Assembly: GCA_040081625.1 (NCBI GenBank)
Contig: JBEBGD010000043.1
Location: 1 to 41,219 of the forward strand
Length of the DNA stretch: 41,219 nucleotides
Direction: 5' to 3'
From: Chthoniobacteraceae bacterium
GTDB taxonomy: Bacteria > Verrucomicrobiota > Verrucomicrobiia > Chthoniobacterales > Chthoniobacteraceae
Made by a program: the position numbers and the translations under genes. Below the pieces are notes generated by a model. The model was not told the origin of the DNA. It ran no database searches and was given only the letters and a program-made list of their open reading frames with translations. Positions 27,647 through 37,143 of this stretch are shown one piece after another (within the stretch, counting starts at the first letter, position 1; the number at the start of each line of letters is the position of its first letter).

Positions 27647-27797
27647 TGGGTTGCCAGGCATTTCGTTGATTCATGTGCTCGCGTCACGTGGTCGGGTTTC
27701 GACGCGAATCGCATGCATTGGCGGGCGGGGTTAGCGGGTGAATTGGAAGTGGCATCCGGGATTTCGCTGCCGAACCATTCCGACACCGGGCAGCGAG

Positions 27798-28385
27798 TCA
27801 GGGCTTTCGCGCGTCGAGCGCCGCGACGATCGCTTTCTCGAGCGCGGCGTGGCCAGGCTCGCCGTCGAAGAATGCGCCTCCGCCGTGGATGTGGCGGATG
27901 GTGCCGTCGCGACCGATGAGGAACGTGACCGAGGTCCAGCCGCGGTCGGTCTTGTCGAGCCACCAGGCGTTGAGCGTGCGCCAGTCGTGGTCGATGGCGG
28001 TCGGGAAGTTGAACCCGAGTCGCGTTGCCTGCGCGGTAACGTGCTCGGTCGTGAGTGGCGTCTGCGCTTTGTGATGATACGCGCCGATGACGACGAGGCC
28101 GCGGTCGCGATACTTTTTCGCGAAGGCGTTGAGCGAGTCGGCGCTCGCGGAGCAGTAAGGGCAGCCGGGCGAAGTCCACCAGCGTATGAGGACCGCTTTT
28201 CCGCGAAGCCCGGCGAGCGTGAGCGGCGGCGAGCCCTGCCAGTCGGTGAAGGTCCACTCGGTCGGGCGCGAGCCGAGAAGGTCGCGACCGACGTCGGTGG
28301 GCGCGGAGAAGTTGGCGCCGAGTTCCGGGTGCGGGGCCGCAAATGCGACCCATGCGATGAGCGGTAGCAGCAGCCTACGAAACAT
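27798..28385 (-). CDS. Secreted TlpA/redoxin-family thioredoxin-fold protein
   Basis: Signal peptide (MFRRLLLPLIAWVAFA), LRGKAVLIRWWT-x-GCPYC, GLVVIG, TFLIGRDGTIR. Confidence 0.8.
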   Translation of the reverse strand: MFRRLLLPLIAWVAFAAPHPELGANFSAPTDVGRDLLGSRPTEWTFTDWQGSPPLTLAGLRGKAVLIRWWTSPGCPYCSASADSLNAFAKKYRDRGLVVIGAYHHKAQTPLTTEHVTAQATRLGFNFPTAIDHDWRTLNAWWLDKTDRGWTSVTFLIGRDGTIRHIHGGGAFFDGEPGHAALEKAIVAALDARKP

Positions 28386-29430
28386 GACGATGCGCGAGCT
28401 GACCATACAGCGACTCGTAGGCGGCGACCATCGCGCGGTGCCCGAAGCGGCTCTCGGCGTGGCGGCGGATCTCGCGGCGGTCGAGCTGGAGCGCCTGCGC
28501 GAGGAGGTCGGGCAGCGCGTCGAGCGATGCGGCGTGAAAGCCGGTGATGCCTTGATCGACGACTTCCTCGACCGAGCCGCGCCGGTGCGCGACGACGGGC
28601 GTGCCGCACGCCATGGCCTCGATCATCACGAGGCCGAAGGGTTCGTCCCACTGGATGGGAAATAGGAGCGCGCTCGCGTTGCGCAGGAGCATGACTTTCT
28701 GCGGATGATTCACGGCGCCGATTGCGCGGACCATTTCGCCGTCGATGAGCGGGCGGATTTGCTCGTCGAAGTAGGCGTGCTCCTTCGCATTCTGCGGCTG
28801 GCCGGCGAGGAGGATCGGGAGATCGAGAGCCTTCGCGACCTGGATCGCGCCGAGCGGATTCTTCTCCGGCGAGAGCCGGCCGAGGAAGGCGAGATAGTGG
28901 CCGGGCTCGTAGCGCGGTTCGTAGGCGTCGAAGTCGGCGCCGTTGAAGACGACGGGAAATTCGCGCCCGAGCTTGAGCGTCATCGCCTGCATCTGCGCGC
29001 GGCTGATGCCGTTCACGGCGACGTTCGGCCAGCGACGCATCGCCCATTCGTCGTCGTGATGCGGCTGCGTGTGCATGGTGAAAAGCGACGGAGTTTTCAA
29101 CATCGTCGCGCCCGGCAGCCACGCGGTGGAGCAGTGAAAATGGATGAGGTCGAACTCGCCCTGCCGCGCGGCAACCTCGGCGAGCATCGAGTTCGTGTAA
29201 TACTCGTAGCAGTAGCCGCGACCCTCGGTGAGCAGTTCGGTGAGGTTCGTGTCGACGACCGGCACGAGCCGCGCGCGGGTATGGCAATCGGCGGAGGCGA
29301 AGAGCGTCACGTCGTGGCTGCGCTCGACGAGTTCGTCGCAGAGCAGCTTGAGCAGCAACTCGATGCCGCCGTAGGTGCGCGGCGGGATGGGCGTCCAGAG
29401 CGGGGCGACTTGGGCGATGCGGAGACTCAT
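28375..29430 (-). CDS. GT4-family glycosyltransferase (AviGT4-like)
   Basis: IAQVAPLW.PIPP..YGGIE, VTLFAS.D, FLGRLSPEK, WDEPFGLVMIEAMACGTPV. Confidence 0.92.
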   Translation of the reverse strand: MSLRIAQVAPLWTPIPPRTYGGIELLLKLLCDELVERSHDVTLFASADCHTRARLVPVVDTNLTELLTEGRGYCYEYYTNSMLAEVAARQGEFDLIHFHCSTAWLPGATMLKTPSLFTMHTQPHHDDEWAMRRWPNVAVNGISRAQMQAMTLKLGREFPVVFNGADFDAYEPRYEPGHYLAFLGRLSPEKNPLGAIQVAKALDLPILLAGQPQNAKEHAYFDEQIRPLIDGEMVRAIGAVNHPQKVMLLRNASALLFPIQWDEPFGLVMIEAMACGTPVVAHRRGSVEEVVDQGITGFHAASLDALPDLLAQALQLDRREIRRHAESRFGHRAMVAAYESLYGQLAHRHVS

Positions 29431-29442
29431 GCGGCGGTGCGT

Positions 29443-30369
29443 CTAGCCGCGAACGGCGAGCGGCGCGAGCAGTTCGACGAGCGCGGCCACGACTCGGCCG
29501 ACGAGCGGTCGAGTCTCGACCAGGCGCGGGTTCCACGCGACGGCGAGCGTGCGTCCGTAGTCGTCGAGAAAGGGCAGCGCGAAGCGGCGCACGAGCGAGG
29601 GATCGAAAGTGGCGGCGGCGATCGTGGGAAGGATCGCAGCGTGGCTGCCGTGGCGCACGGCGGCGGCAGATTCGGTGGACGATGAGCAGTGCAGGACGAA
29701 TCGCAGCGGCCAGCCGGCACGCGCGGCGGAGCTTTCGAGCTGCGCGCGGAACTGCCCGCCGCGCGAGATCGCGATGGGGAGCGCGGCGATGCGTGTGCGG
29801 AGATTGCGCGGAGTGAGTCCGCCAGCGAGCGCCACAGGCACAAAAAGCGCGAAGCCGAGTGGCATCGCGGTGCGCGACTCGATCGGGGGCGCGACGGCGT
29901 CTTCGCGGATGAGCGCGACATCGAGAGCGAGGCTGGAGAGTTGCATCGCGAGGTCGCGCGTGCGCACCGCGGCGAGCTCGAACTCGGTATCCGGCACCCG
30001 CGCACGCAAGGCGCCAAGCTGAGGGACAACGAGCCAGTGCAGCACGCTCTCGGACGAGCCGATCGTGACGTGCTGCGGCTCGGCGCGACACGCGCGGCGG
30101 AAATCGTCGAGCGCCGCGAGCTGCACGCGGGCGAGGCGCGCGAGTTCCTCACCCGCTTTCGTGAGCGCGATCCCCTTCCCTTTTCGCCGCGTCAGCGCGG
30201 TGCCGAAGAAGGTCTCCAGCTCGCGAATCTGGCGGCTGAAAAGGCTCATCTGCGCGGCGTCGCCATCGGCGGCGCGGGAGAGTCCGCCGGCGTCGGCGAC
30301 GCGGCAGATCGTGCGCAGCCGGTCGAGCGAGAGACCGCCCTGGGCGAAGAGGCTGGCAAACTTGTCCAT
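29443..30369 (-). CDS. LysR-family transcriptional regulator
   Basis: Start ATG 30369. LSLDRL...GGLSRAA...SRQIRELE.FFG..L..R....LT.AG (LysR HTH), followed by a substrate-binding domain. Confidence 0.88.
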   Translation of the reverse strand: MDKFASLFAQGGLSLDRLRTICRVADAGGLSRAADGDAAQMSLFSRQIRELETFFGTALTRRKGKGIALTKAGEELARLARVQLAALDDFRRACRAEPQHVTIGSSESVLHWLVVPQLGALRARVPDTEFELAAVRTRDLAMQLSSLALDVALIREDAVAPPIESRTAMPLGFALFVPVALAGGLTPRNLRTRIAALPIAISRGGQFRAQLESSAARAGWPLRFVLHCSSSTESAAAVRHGSHAAILPTIAAATFDPSLVRRFALPFLDDYGRTLAVAWNPRLVETRPLVGRVVAALVELLAPLAVRG

Positions 30370-30414
30370 GGAGTGAAGCTGCTTACGAAACGCGCCAGTG
30401 CGGGGCAATCCGCA

Positions 30415-31362
30415 ATGCGACACTCTCGCGTCGTGAAAAAGACCAAACGATTCGGATACGTCATGAGCCAGCCGGCGGAGTTCGCCATTCATCGCCGCGC
30501 GGGCCGCACGCGGAAAGTCGGGCGCGGCATCGCCTTCTTCTGCCTGCCGCTGATCGACCGCTGCTACATCATCCCGGCGACGGCGCAGACCGTGAGCTTC
30601 GCGGCGGACCAGATCACCGCCGAGAACCAGGGAGTGGAGGTCGCCGGGTTCGCCGTGTGGAAAGTGAACGATCCGGAGAAGGCGGGCGCGAGCTTCGACT
30701 TCAGCGACAGCGCGGCGGCGATCGCGACGATCGGCGGGAATCTCAAGAACGTCGTCGAGTCGGCGATCCGCCACCAGGTCGCGAAGATGAGCCTCGAGGA
30801 CGTGCTGCGGAAGCGCGGCTCGATCATCCTCGAGCTCAAGCAAGAGCTGGCCTACATCGCCGGCGAGTGGGGGCTGAACATCGAGACCGTCGAGATCCGC
30901 ACCGTGCGCGTGCTTTCGGAGCAGCTCTTTGCGCAGATGCAGGCGCGGTTTCGCGACGCGATGCGGCTGGAGAGCGAGACGAGCACGCTAGAAACCGAAC
31001 GCCTGCTCGCCGAGCGGCGGCTCGCGCAGAAGGAGGACATCGCACGGCAGGAGGTCGAGTTTCAACAACGCCGGTTCGAGCGTGAGCGCTCGCTGATCGC
31101 GCCCGAACGCGAACTGCAGGACGCGCAGGCGACGCTCGAAATCGCCCGCCGTCAGCACGTCGCCGCGCTCGCCGGGATCGACGACGAGACGAAGCGGCGG
31201 CAGATCGCGACCGCGAACACGGAGAACCCGGCGGTGGTGCTGGCGCGGGAGTTCGTGAACATCGCGGGGCTCCTGCAAATCAAGGAATTGAACCTCGGCG
31301 ACGACGCGCTGCGGAGCTTAATCCGCAGATTCGGGACCCTCAACCACACGCAAGACTTATGA
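30415..31362 (+). CDS. SPFH/band-7 (flotillin-like) domain protein
   Basis: F.ADQIT.E.QGVEV.G..VWKV.DP, ESAIRHQVA.MSLEDVL, WGL.IETVEI..V, then a coiled-coil region. Start is ATG 30415 or GTG 30433. Confidence 0.8.
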   Translation: MRHSRVVKKTKRFGYVMSQPAEFAIHRRAGRTRKVGRGIAFFCLPLIDRCYIIPATAQTVSFAADQITAENQGVEVAGFAVWKVNDPEKAGASFDFSDSAAAIATIGGNLKNVVESAIRHQVAKMSLEDVLRKRGSIILELKQELAYIAGEWGLNIETVEIRTVRVLSEQLFAQMQARFRDAMRLESETSTLETERLLAERRLAQKEDIARQEVEFQQRRFERERSLIAPERELQDAQATLEIARRQHVAALAGIDDETKRRQIATANTENPAVVLAREFVNIAGLLQIKELNLGDDALRSLIRRFGTLNHTQDL

Positions 31363-32285
31363 AGAACATCAACCCAACCTACGACCTCATCGGAGACATC
31401 CACGGCCAGGCGGACGCGCTGCGCGGGCTGCTCGCGCAGCTCGGCTACCGCGAGGAGCGCGGCGCCTTCCGCCACCCGGAGCGCACGGCGATCTTCGTCG
31501 GCGACTTCATCGACCGTGGCCCGCGCATCCGCGAGACGCTTCGGATCGTGCGCGCGATGGTGGATGCAGGCTCGGCGCTCGCGGTGATGGGCAATCACGA
31601 ATACGACGCGGTGTGCCTCCACACCGAAAACGGGAGCGGTGGCTGGGTGATGGAACGCTCGGCGGCGAAGATGAGTTACCACCGCTCGACCCTCGATGAC
31701 TTTTACGGCATCGAGGCGGAGTGGCGCGAGTGGCTGGGCTGGATGAAGGCGTTGCCACTGGCGCTCGATCTTGGCGGACTTCGCGTGGCGCACGCGATGT
31801 GGAGCGATGCCGCTGTGGCGGGCCTGCCACGAACCATCGACGACGACTGGCTGCGCGCATCGCGGGTGCGGGGAACAAACGAGTCTGCCGCCGCGAGGGC
31901 GCTACTCAAAGGGCGGGAGGTGGAACTACCTGAAGGCTGCACCTTCATCGACAAGGCCGGCAACGCACACGGCGAGGTCCGCGTGCGGTGGTGGCTCGAC
32001 CCCGCGGGGCTGACTTATTTCGCAGCGTGCCTGCCACAAAGCGACGCCATGCCCGATGTGCCAATCCCCACGGCGCTCATCGACGGCTGGCGGCCTTATG
32101 CGCCGGATGCGCCGCCGGTCTTCATCGGCCACTACTGGCTGCCCGGGCCGCCGGAGTTGCTCGCGCCGAATGTGGCGTGCGTGGACTACAGCGTGGCGAA
32201 GGGCGGACCACTGGTCGCGTATCGCTGGAACGGCGAGCGCGAGCTGCGCGCGGAGAATTTCGTGTGCGGCCCGCGTGGCGTGTAG
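31359..32285 (+). CDS. Calcineurin-like metallophosphoesterase (ApaH/PrpE-like)
   Basis: GDIHG, GDFIDRGP, GNHE, VAHA, FIGHYW, CVDYS. ATGA overlap with the SPFH gene. Confidence 0.9.
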   Translation: MKNINPTYDLIGDIHGQADALRGLLAQLGYREERGAFRHPERTAIFVGDFIDRGPRIRETLRIVRAMVDAGSALAVMGNHEYDAVCLHTENGSGGWVMERSAAKMSYHRSTLDDFYGIEAEWREWLGWMKALPLALDLGGLRVAHAMWSDAAVAGLPRTIDDDWLRASRVRGTNESAAARALLKGREVELPEGCTFIDKAGNAHGEVRVRWWLDPAGLTYFAACLPQSDAMPDVPIPTALIDGWRPYAPDAPPVFIGHYWLPGPPELLAPNVACVDYSVAKGGPLVAYRWNGERELRAENFVCGPRGV

Positions 32286-32297
32286 CGCCGGCGGCGG

Positions 32298-32507
32298 CTA
32301 CATCTCGAAAGGCACGTTGTTCTTCCGCGCGAGGCTCCATGCGAAATACGCGTCGTCGTAAACGGTGAGCTTCCAGTATTCCTCATCCCCGCGGATGGCG
32401 TCCTCGAGCGAGAGTTCGTGGAAGCGGGGAAGCGCAACGTCAGGCACCGGGAGATCCAGATCCAGCGAGACGGCGGATAAGTTCGGCGCGGACGGCTGGG
32501 TTGGCAT
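32298..32507 (-). CDS. Small hypothetical protein downstream of the nucleotidyltransferase
   Basis: 69-aa ORF with normal composition, overlapping the 3' end of the NTase gene and filling the gap to the convergent gene. Confidence 0.55.
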   Translation of the reverse strand: MPTQPSAPNLSAVSLDLDLPVPDVALPRFHELSLEDAIRGDEEYWKLTVYDDAYFAWSLARKNNVPFEM

Positions 32508-32991
32508 AGCGGTCCACTATCTCGCCGTATTCCGGTGAGGCAAGATCGACGTGGTTAAGTTGGACGAGCGTGATGACATCGCCCATGTCGAGTTCATGCC
32601 GGTGCTCGGCGCCGCTGGAGAGGGCGTGCAACTTCAGCGCGATGAGATGCGCGAGCGATGGCACGCGGACGGTGCAGTCGAGCACGGTCTTCTCGATCGC
32701 GCCGGCGCTTAGCTTGCCGAAGGTCTGCGCGTTCACGAGCATGAGATCGACGGGTGGCAGCGTGCGATCGATCGGGTGATACATGTGAAAGACTCGCGCG
32801 ACCTGATACTGCTTGAAGCCGAACGACGTGATGAGTTCATCCCAACGGCGGCGATCGTTTTCGTGGACGAGCAAGTCGAGGTCGCGGGTCTGCCGCGGGT
32901 AGCCGTAGGCGATGACGGCATGGCCTCCGATGAGGAGGAAGGGCAGGTTTGCGGCGGCGGCGCGCTGGCAAAGGTCGGTGAAGAAGGACAC
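32440..32991 (-). CDS. Pol-beta superfamily nucleotidyltransferase (DUF6036/AbiEii-like)
   Basis: LLIGGHAVIAYGYPRQTRDLD (GG...DxD), VDL, LIALKLHA, DxxD near the C-terminus. Confidence 0.8.
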   Translation of the reverse strand: MSFFTDLCQRAAAANLPFLLIGGHAVIAYGYPRQTRDLDLLVHENDRRRWDELITSFGFKQYQVARVFHMYHPIDRTLPPVDLMLVNAQTFGKLSAGAIEKTVLDCTVRVPSLAHLIALKLHALSSGAEHRHELDMGDVITLVQLNHVDLASPEYGEIVDRYANPAVRAELIRRLAGSGSPGA

Positions 32992-33056
32992 GGCGGGCGC
33001 GACATTAAGACGGCGCTAGGACTTGCGAACATAATTTCCGCGCTACACTGCGCGCG

Positions 33057-34010
33057 ATGATTCGCCCCGCCATCGTCCTGATCCTCTTCGTCTTCGCCGC
33101 GCACGCGCAGGAAGCCGCACGCCCTGGCCTCGTGAACGAGCGCGAGGTGATGACGCAGCTCCAGATTTTCCTCGATCAGCAGCTCTTTGGGCCGGGCAAG
33201 ATCGACGGGCGCGGCGGCGAGTTCACGACCAAGGCGCTGTGGTGCTACCAGCGCGCGCACGGCCTTCCCCCGACAGGCCGGCTCGACGCGAACATCCCGC
33301 TCGATTCGGTCTTCCCGGTCTATACCGAATACACGATTCGCGAGGAGGATTTGAAGTTCGTCGGCGACCTGCCGGCGGCGAACGCAGCGAAAGAGAAGCT
33401 CAAGTATCTGCCCTACGATTGCGTGCTCGAGTTCCTCACCGAGCGCTTCCACTGCGACCCGAAGTTTCTCGTGCAACTCAACCCTTCGCACGGCGACCTG
33501 ATGCAGCTCAAAGCGGGCGACGTCGTGCGGGTGCCGAATGTCGAGGAGTTCAAAATCGAGGAACTGCCCAAGCAGGGAAGCATGCCGCGCAAGCCCGAAT
33601 ACCTGCACCGCACGATCAAGATCAGCCGCAAGCACCGGCTGCTCGAGCTGCGCGACGGCGATGCGCTGATCGCGAGCGTGCCGATCACGCCCGGCTCGGA
33701 AAAGACACCGACGCCCGCGGGCAACTGGAAGATCGCGGGCATCGCGGCGATGCCGAACTTCCGCTGGGACGAAGGCGTGCTGAACTTCGGCGTGCGGACC
33801 GACGAGTCGTGGCTGCTGCCGCCGGGACCGAACAACCCGGTCGGCGTGCTGTGGTGCCAGCTCAACAAGCCGGGCATCGGCATCCACGGCACAAACTCCC
33901 CGCAGACCATCGGCCGCAGCGCGAGCCACGGCTGCATGAGGGTGGCGAATTGGGACGTGGTGCGGCTGGAAAAGATGATCACCGCGGGGATGCAGGTGGT
34001 GATCGAGTAG
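33057..34010 (+). CDS. L,D-transpeptidase (YkuD) with N-terminal peptidoglycan-binding domain
   Basis: Signal peptide, LQIFLD...PGKIDG..G..T.KA, TPAG.W, PGPNNPVG, GIHGT...IGRSASHGC (catalytic His/Cys). Confidence 0.93.
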   Translation: MIRPAIVLILFVFAAHAQEAARPGLVNEREVMTQLQIFLDQQLFGPGKIDGRGGEFTTKALWCYQRAHGLPPTGRLDANIPLDSVFPVYTEYTIREEDLKFVGDLPAANAAKEKLKYLPYDCVLEFLTERFHCDPKFLVQLNPSHGDLMQLKAGDVVRVPNVEEFKIEELPKQGSMPRKPEYLHRTIKISRKHRLLELRDGDALIASVPITPGSEKTPTPAGNWKIAGIAAMPNFRWDEGVLNFGVRTDESWLLPPGPNNPVGVLWCQLNKPGIGIHGTNSPQTIGRSASHGCMRVANWDVVRLEKMITAGMQVVIE

Positions 34011-34128
34011 CGGGCAAAGGGGCATGGCGGTGAGCTACCGCAGGGTGCGCCGTGCGCGTGAGACCGAAATGCCGGTCGCGAGCACTTCTCCCCGCCGATG
34101 GCGACAACAACTTCCTCAAGCGTCCGCG

Positions 34129-35676
34129 CTATTTCGCCGGCGCAGGTGTGGAGAGGGGTGATGGCGTTGCTTTGGGCGGAACGACCACGTCGAGCATGCT
34201 CTTGATTGGCAGGGGTTGACCATCCGGTCCGAGTGTCTGGCGGGGCGGGTATTTGGAAAGATCGACGGATGGAGTGGGAAGGGGCGCGGCGCGCTGAAAG
34301 GAACGAGGATCGTTCGTCGCGGGATTGCGCACCGCCAACTGCACGCCCTCGTCGAATTCCCGCGAATGCTCGGCCCGGATCTTTTCGAGATGCTGGCCGA
34401 TCAGTTCCGCGGGAACCACCTCCGAGCCCGTCTTCAAGGCAGCCTGAAACGCCTCGACGGCGAGCGCATACTGCTTCGCCTTCTGGAAGTTGAGCGCCGC
34501 GAGGAACTGGCTCAGCGCCGCAGAGTCGGCGGTCGGTGAAACAGAGCCGAGCAGATTCAACGAACGGCTCGTCGCGAGCACGCGCCCGACCAGCACCCAA
34601 TCCTGTTGTTGCTGGCCTTCCTGTAGCATCCGCCGCAGGTAGCCGGACGGGTTCTCTCCCGGGCGCACTGGATGAAGGCCGTCCTCAAACTGGAGCATGC
34701 GCGGCAGCACAAACGCGAAGACCATCTCCCGCACCGGCGTGAGGAGGTCCGAACTCAGCCCTGAATTCGGAACGCGGAAGAATGCGGCCTGTCCGTCCTT
34801 CACTTTCGCGTAGGTGTCCGCCAGTTCGCGCAGGTCCGACGCCGCCTCGGATTCCTGGCTGGTCCGAATCTTCACACTGTGGCCGATCTGGCGCGCTGCG
34901 CCCGCGAGATCGTCGATGCTCTTGATCCCTGCGATCAAGGCGGTGATCGAACCTGCTTGTGGTCCCGGCGACGGGTTTTGCGCAGAGTGCAGGAGCGCGA
35001 GCAGCTTCGAGCGCGGGACGAAGGGATACTCGCGCCCGGAAGCAGTCAGGTTGTTCAGCGCGGATCGGGTTTGCTCGGTGTTCCCGGCTTCCTTGGCGGC
35101 GAGGTAGTCCTGCCACTGCGTTAGAAATGTGATCGCGTTGCGCAGTTGTTCCGTAGCGGACTGCATCTTGCGGCTCTCGCGGCGAACCGACTGCCGGCTC
35201 TGGGCCTTGTTCAACGCCGCCAGCGGCGCATCGATCTCTGCCGCGGTCCTGGCATTCAAGGCGGGAATCGCCTGGGCTTCGATCAACTTCTCGATCTCTG
35301 CCACGACCCGTTTCTCGCGCTCGGCAACCTCCCGGCTAGCTTCCCGTGCGAGAGCCTGCGCGATCTGTTCGATCTTCGGCGACGGAAATCCCTGAATGGC
35401 CGCCGCCAACTGACTCAAATCGTAGTAGCCGGAACTGGCCTCGTCTTCGTCTTCGAACGAGCGTTCGATTTGCAACAGCATCGACGAGAGCTGCCAGTGG
35501 CGGTCCACGCTGCGGACGTCATCACGCGCGGCTTTGACCTCGGCCTGCAATTCCGTGCGCATCTGCGCGATCAGCTCCTTGATGACTGGCGGGACTTCAG
35601 CGGTGGCGCGGGAGAGAAACACGGCGAGCGCGATGGCGCACCGGGGGGCTAGTCCGGGAAAATTGAGTGGGCGCAT
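34129..35676 (-). CDS. Secreted hypothetical protein (paralog A), Pro-rich C-terminal tail
   Basis: Start ATG 35676, signal-like N-terminus ending ATA-EVPP. Collinear similarity to the ORF at 35684-37057. Confidence 0.8.
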   Translation of the reverse strand: MRPLNFPGLAPRCAIALAVFLSRATAEVPPVIKELIAQMRTELQAEVKAARDDVRSVDRHWQLSSMLLQIERSFEDEDEASSGYYDLSQLAAAIQGFPSPKIEQIAQALAREASREVAEREKRVVAEIEKLIEAQAIPALNARTAAEIDAPLAALNKAQSRQSVRRESRKMQSATEQLRNAITFLTQWQDYLAAKEAGNTEQTRSALNNLTASGREYPFVPRSKLLALLHSAQNPSPGPQAGSITALIAGIKSIDDLAGAARQIGHSVKIRTSQESEAASDLRELADTYAKVKDGQAAFFRVPNSGLSSDLLTPVREMVFAFVLPRMLQFEDGLHPVRPGENPSGYLRRMLQEGQQQQDWVLVGRVLATSRSLNLLGSVSPTADSAALSQFLAALNFQKAKQYALAVEAFQAALKTGSEVVPAELIGQHLEKIRAEHSREFDEGVQLAVRNPATNDPRSFQRAAPLPTPSVDLSKYPPRQTLGPDGQPLPIKSMLDVVVPPKATPSPLSTPAPAK

Positions 35677-35683
35677 GATCGAT

Positions 35684-37057
35684 CTACTTGGCTGATGGTG
35701 GGAGTGGATTCGGGGCAGAGGCGAACTGCGAGGCGAGCGCGATCTGCACTCCTCGCTCGTAGTCCGCGGGGTGCTCCGCACGGATTCGCTCGATGTGTTC
35801 GCCGATCGCCTCGGGCGGCACGATGCTCGAGCCGCTCATCAACACCGCCTGAAACGTCGCGACGGCGAGGGAAAACTGTTTTGCCTTCTCCTGGTTGAGG
35901 CCCGCCAGAAACTGTGTGAGCACCGCCGCATCGCTCGCGGACACATTGGTCGCCTCGGCCGTGCTGCTGATGCTGGTGCTGACGATGCGGCCGACGAGCG
36001 ACCAGTCCCGCTTTTGTTGCGCTTCCGCGAGTTTGCGGCGGAAGTAGGCGGCGGCGTCTTCACCGGGCTTCACGGGGTGAGTGGATTCATCGAGCCCGAG
36101 CGCTCGTGCCAGCGCAAAGCTGAGCACCGCCTCGTGCAGTCTCGTGATCTCCTCCGAACTGGAGAAGAGCTTTGGCAGCCGCAGTGAGGCAAATCGGCCG
36201 CTTCTGGCTTGCGCGTAGGCATTTTCGAGACTGCGTAAATCCGAAGAGAGCTTGGATTCGTAAGGCGTCTTCGGCTGGATCTGATCCAGCAGCCTGACAG
36301 CCATGGAAAGCTGGTCGAGCTTCTTCACGCCCGCAGCGATCAAGCCCACCGTGGGTTCCGTCTCGTTCGACCACCCCACCGAGTTTTTGGCTAAATCCAG
36401 TTGCGGGAAAGTGACCTGCAACAGCTTCGAGCGCGGCACGACCTGCTCATAGGCACTATCGAACAGGCCGATGATGTGAACGCGGCTGAATGCCGAGTCG
36501 CCCGCCTGTCGAGCCACCAAGTAGTCCTGCCATTTGCGAATGAAGGTGATAGCTCGGTTGAGGCGTTGGCCAGTTGTTCGCGCCGGGCCGTAGGGCGTGT
36601 CGAGGGAATGCGGAAACCGTTCGAGTTTCGCCAGCAGCACATCGAGGTCGGCGGCTGATTTCGCGTCGAGCACCGACTTCATCTCCGTGTCCAGCAGCCC
36701 GGCGATCTCCGCCTCCTCGGCTTTTTTGCGCGCCGCGAGTTCATCGGTGACTTTGACCGCCAGCTCCCGGGAAAGTTGCTGCAGCTTCTCCGACCCGGCC
36801 TGGCCCTCGAATTCCCCGAGCAGCTGCGGCAGGTCCACCCCGGAGCCGTCGAGGGCCTGCTCGATCTTCATGAGCGTGAATAACCGTCGCCAGCGCTCAT
36901 CAGCTCCACGTTTCGCGTCAGCGGACTTCATCTCCGCCTGCACATCTGCGAGGAGTTGCTCGATCAAGCTCTTAATGACGGGCGGGACCTCCGCAAAGCC
37001 GCTCTTCGCCACGCCGAGCGCGAGCACGAGAGGCAGAAAACGTCGGAGGAGCTTCAT
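35684..37057 (-). CDS. Secreted hypothetical protein (paralog B)
   Basis: Signal peptide MKLLRRFLPLVLALGVAKSGFA-EVPP. Shares WQDYL, VPRSKLL, HPVxPGE and IRAEH with paralog A. Confidence 0.85.
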   Translation of the reverse strand: MKLLRRFLPLVLALGVAKSGFAEVPPVIKSLIEQLLADVQAEMKSADAKRGADERWRRLFTLMKIEQALDGSGVDLPQLLGEFEGQAGSEKLQQLSRELAVKVTDELAARKKAEEAEIAGLLDTEMKSVLDAKSAADLDVLLAKLERFPHSLDTPYGPARTTGQRLNRAITFIRKWQDYLVARQAGDSAFSRVHIIGLFDSAYEQVVPRSKLLQVTFPQLDLAKNSVGWSNETEPTVGLIAAGVKKLDQLSMAVRLLDQIQPKTPYESKLSSDLRSLENAYAQARSGRFASLRLPKLFSSSEEITRLHEAVLSFALARALGLDESTHPVKPGEDAAAYFRRKLAEAQQKRDWSLVGRIVSTSISSTAEATNVSASDAAVLTQFLAGLNQEKAKQFSLAVATFQAVLMSGSSIVPPEAIGEHIERIRAEHPADYERGVQIALASQFASAPNPLPPSAK

Positions 37058-37143
37058 ATGGAGGGCTTCTGCCGCAGGTGCCGGGAGAGTGCAATTCAGA
37101 AACTGCTGGCTACGGCGCGGAAGCGCGCGCAGTAGTCCCGCGC

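Noticed and set aside
27731..30843. ORF 27731-30091 (-) and the N-terminal extensions of LysR (to 30843) and SPFH (from 29689)
   Set aside because: Alternative-frame or overlapping extensions. The recognisable domains start at 30369 (-) and 30415/30433 (+).
34027..34076. Short hairpins GCGGT-N5-ACCGC and GACCG-N6-CGGTC between convergent genes as terminators or an ncRNA
   Set aside because: Stems are only 5 bp with no U-tract, which is expected by chance at this GC content.
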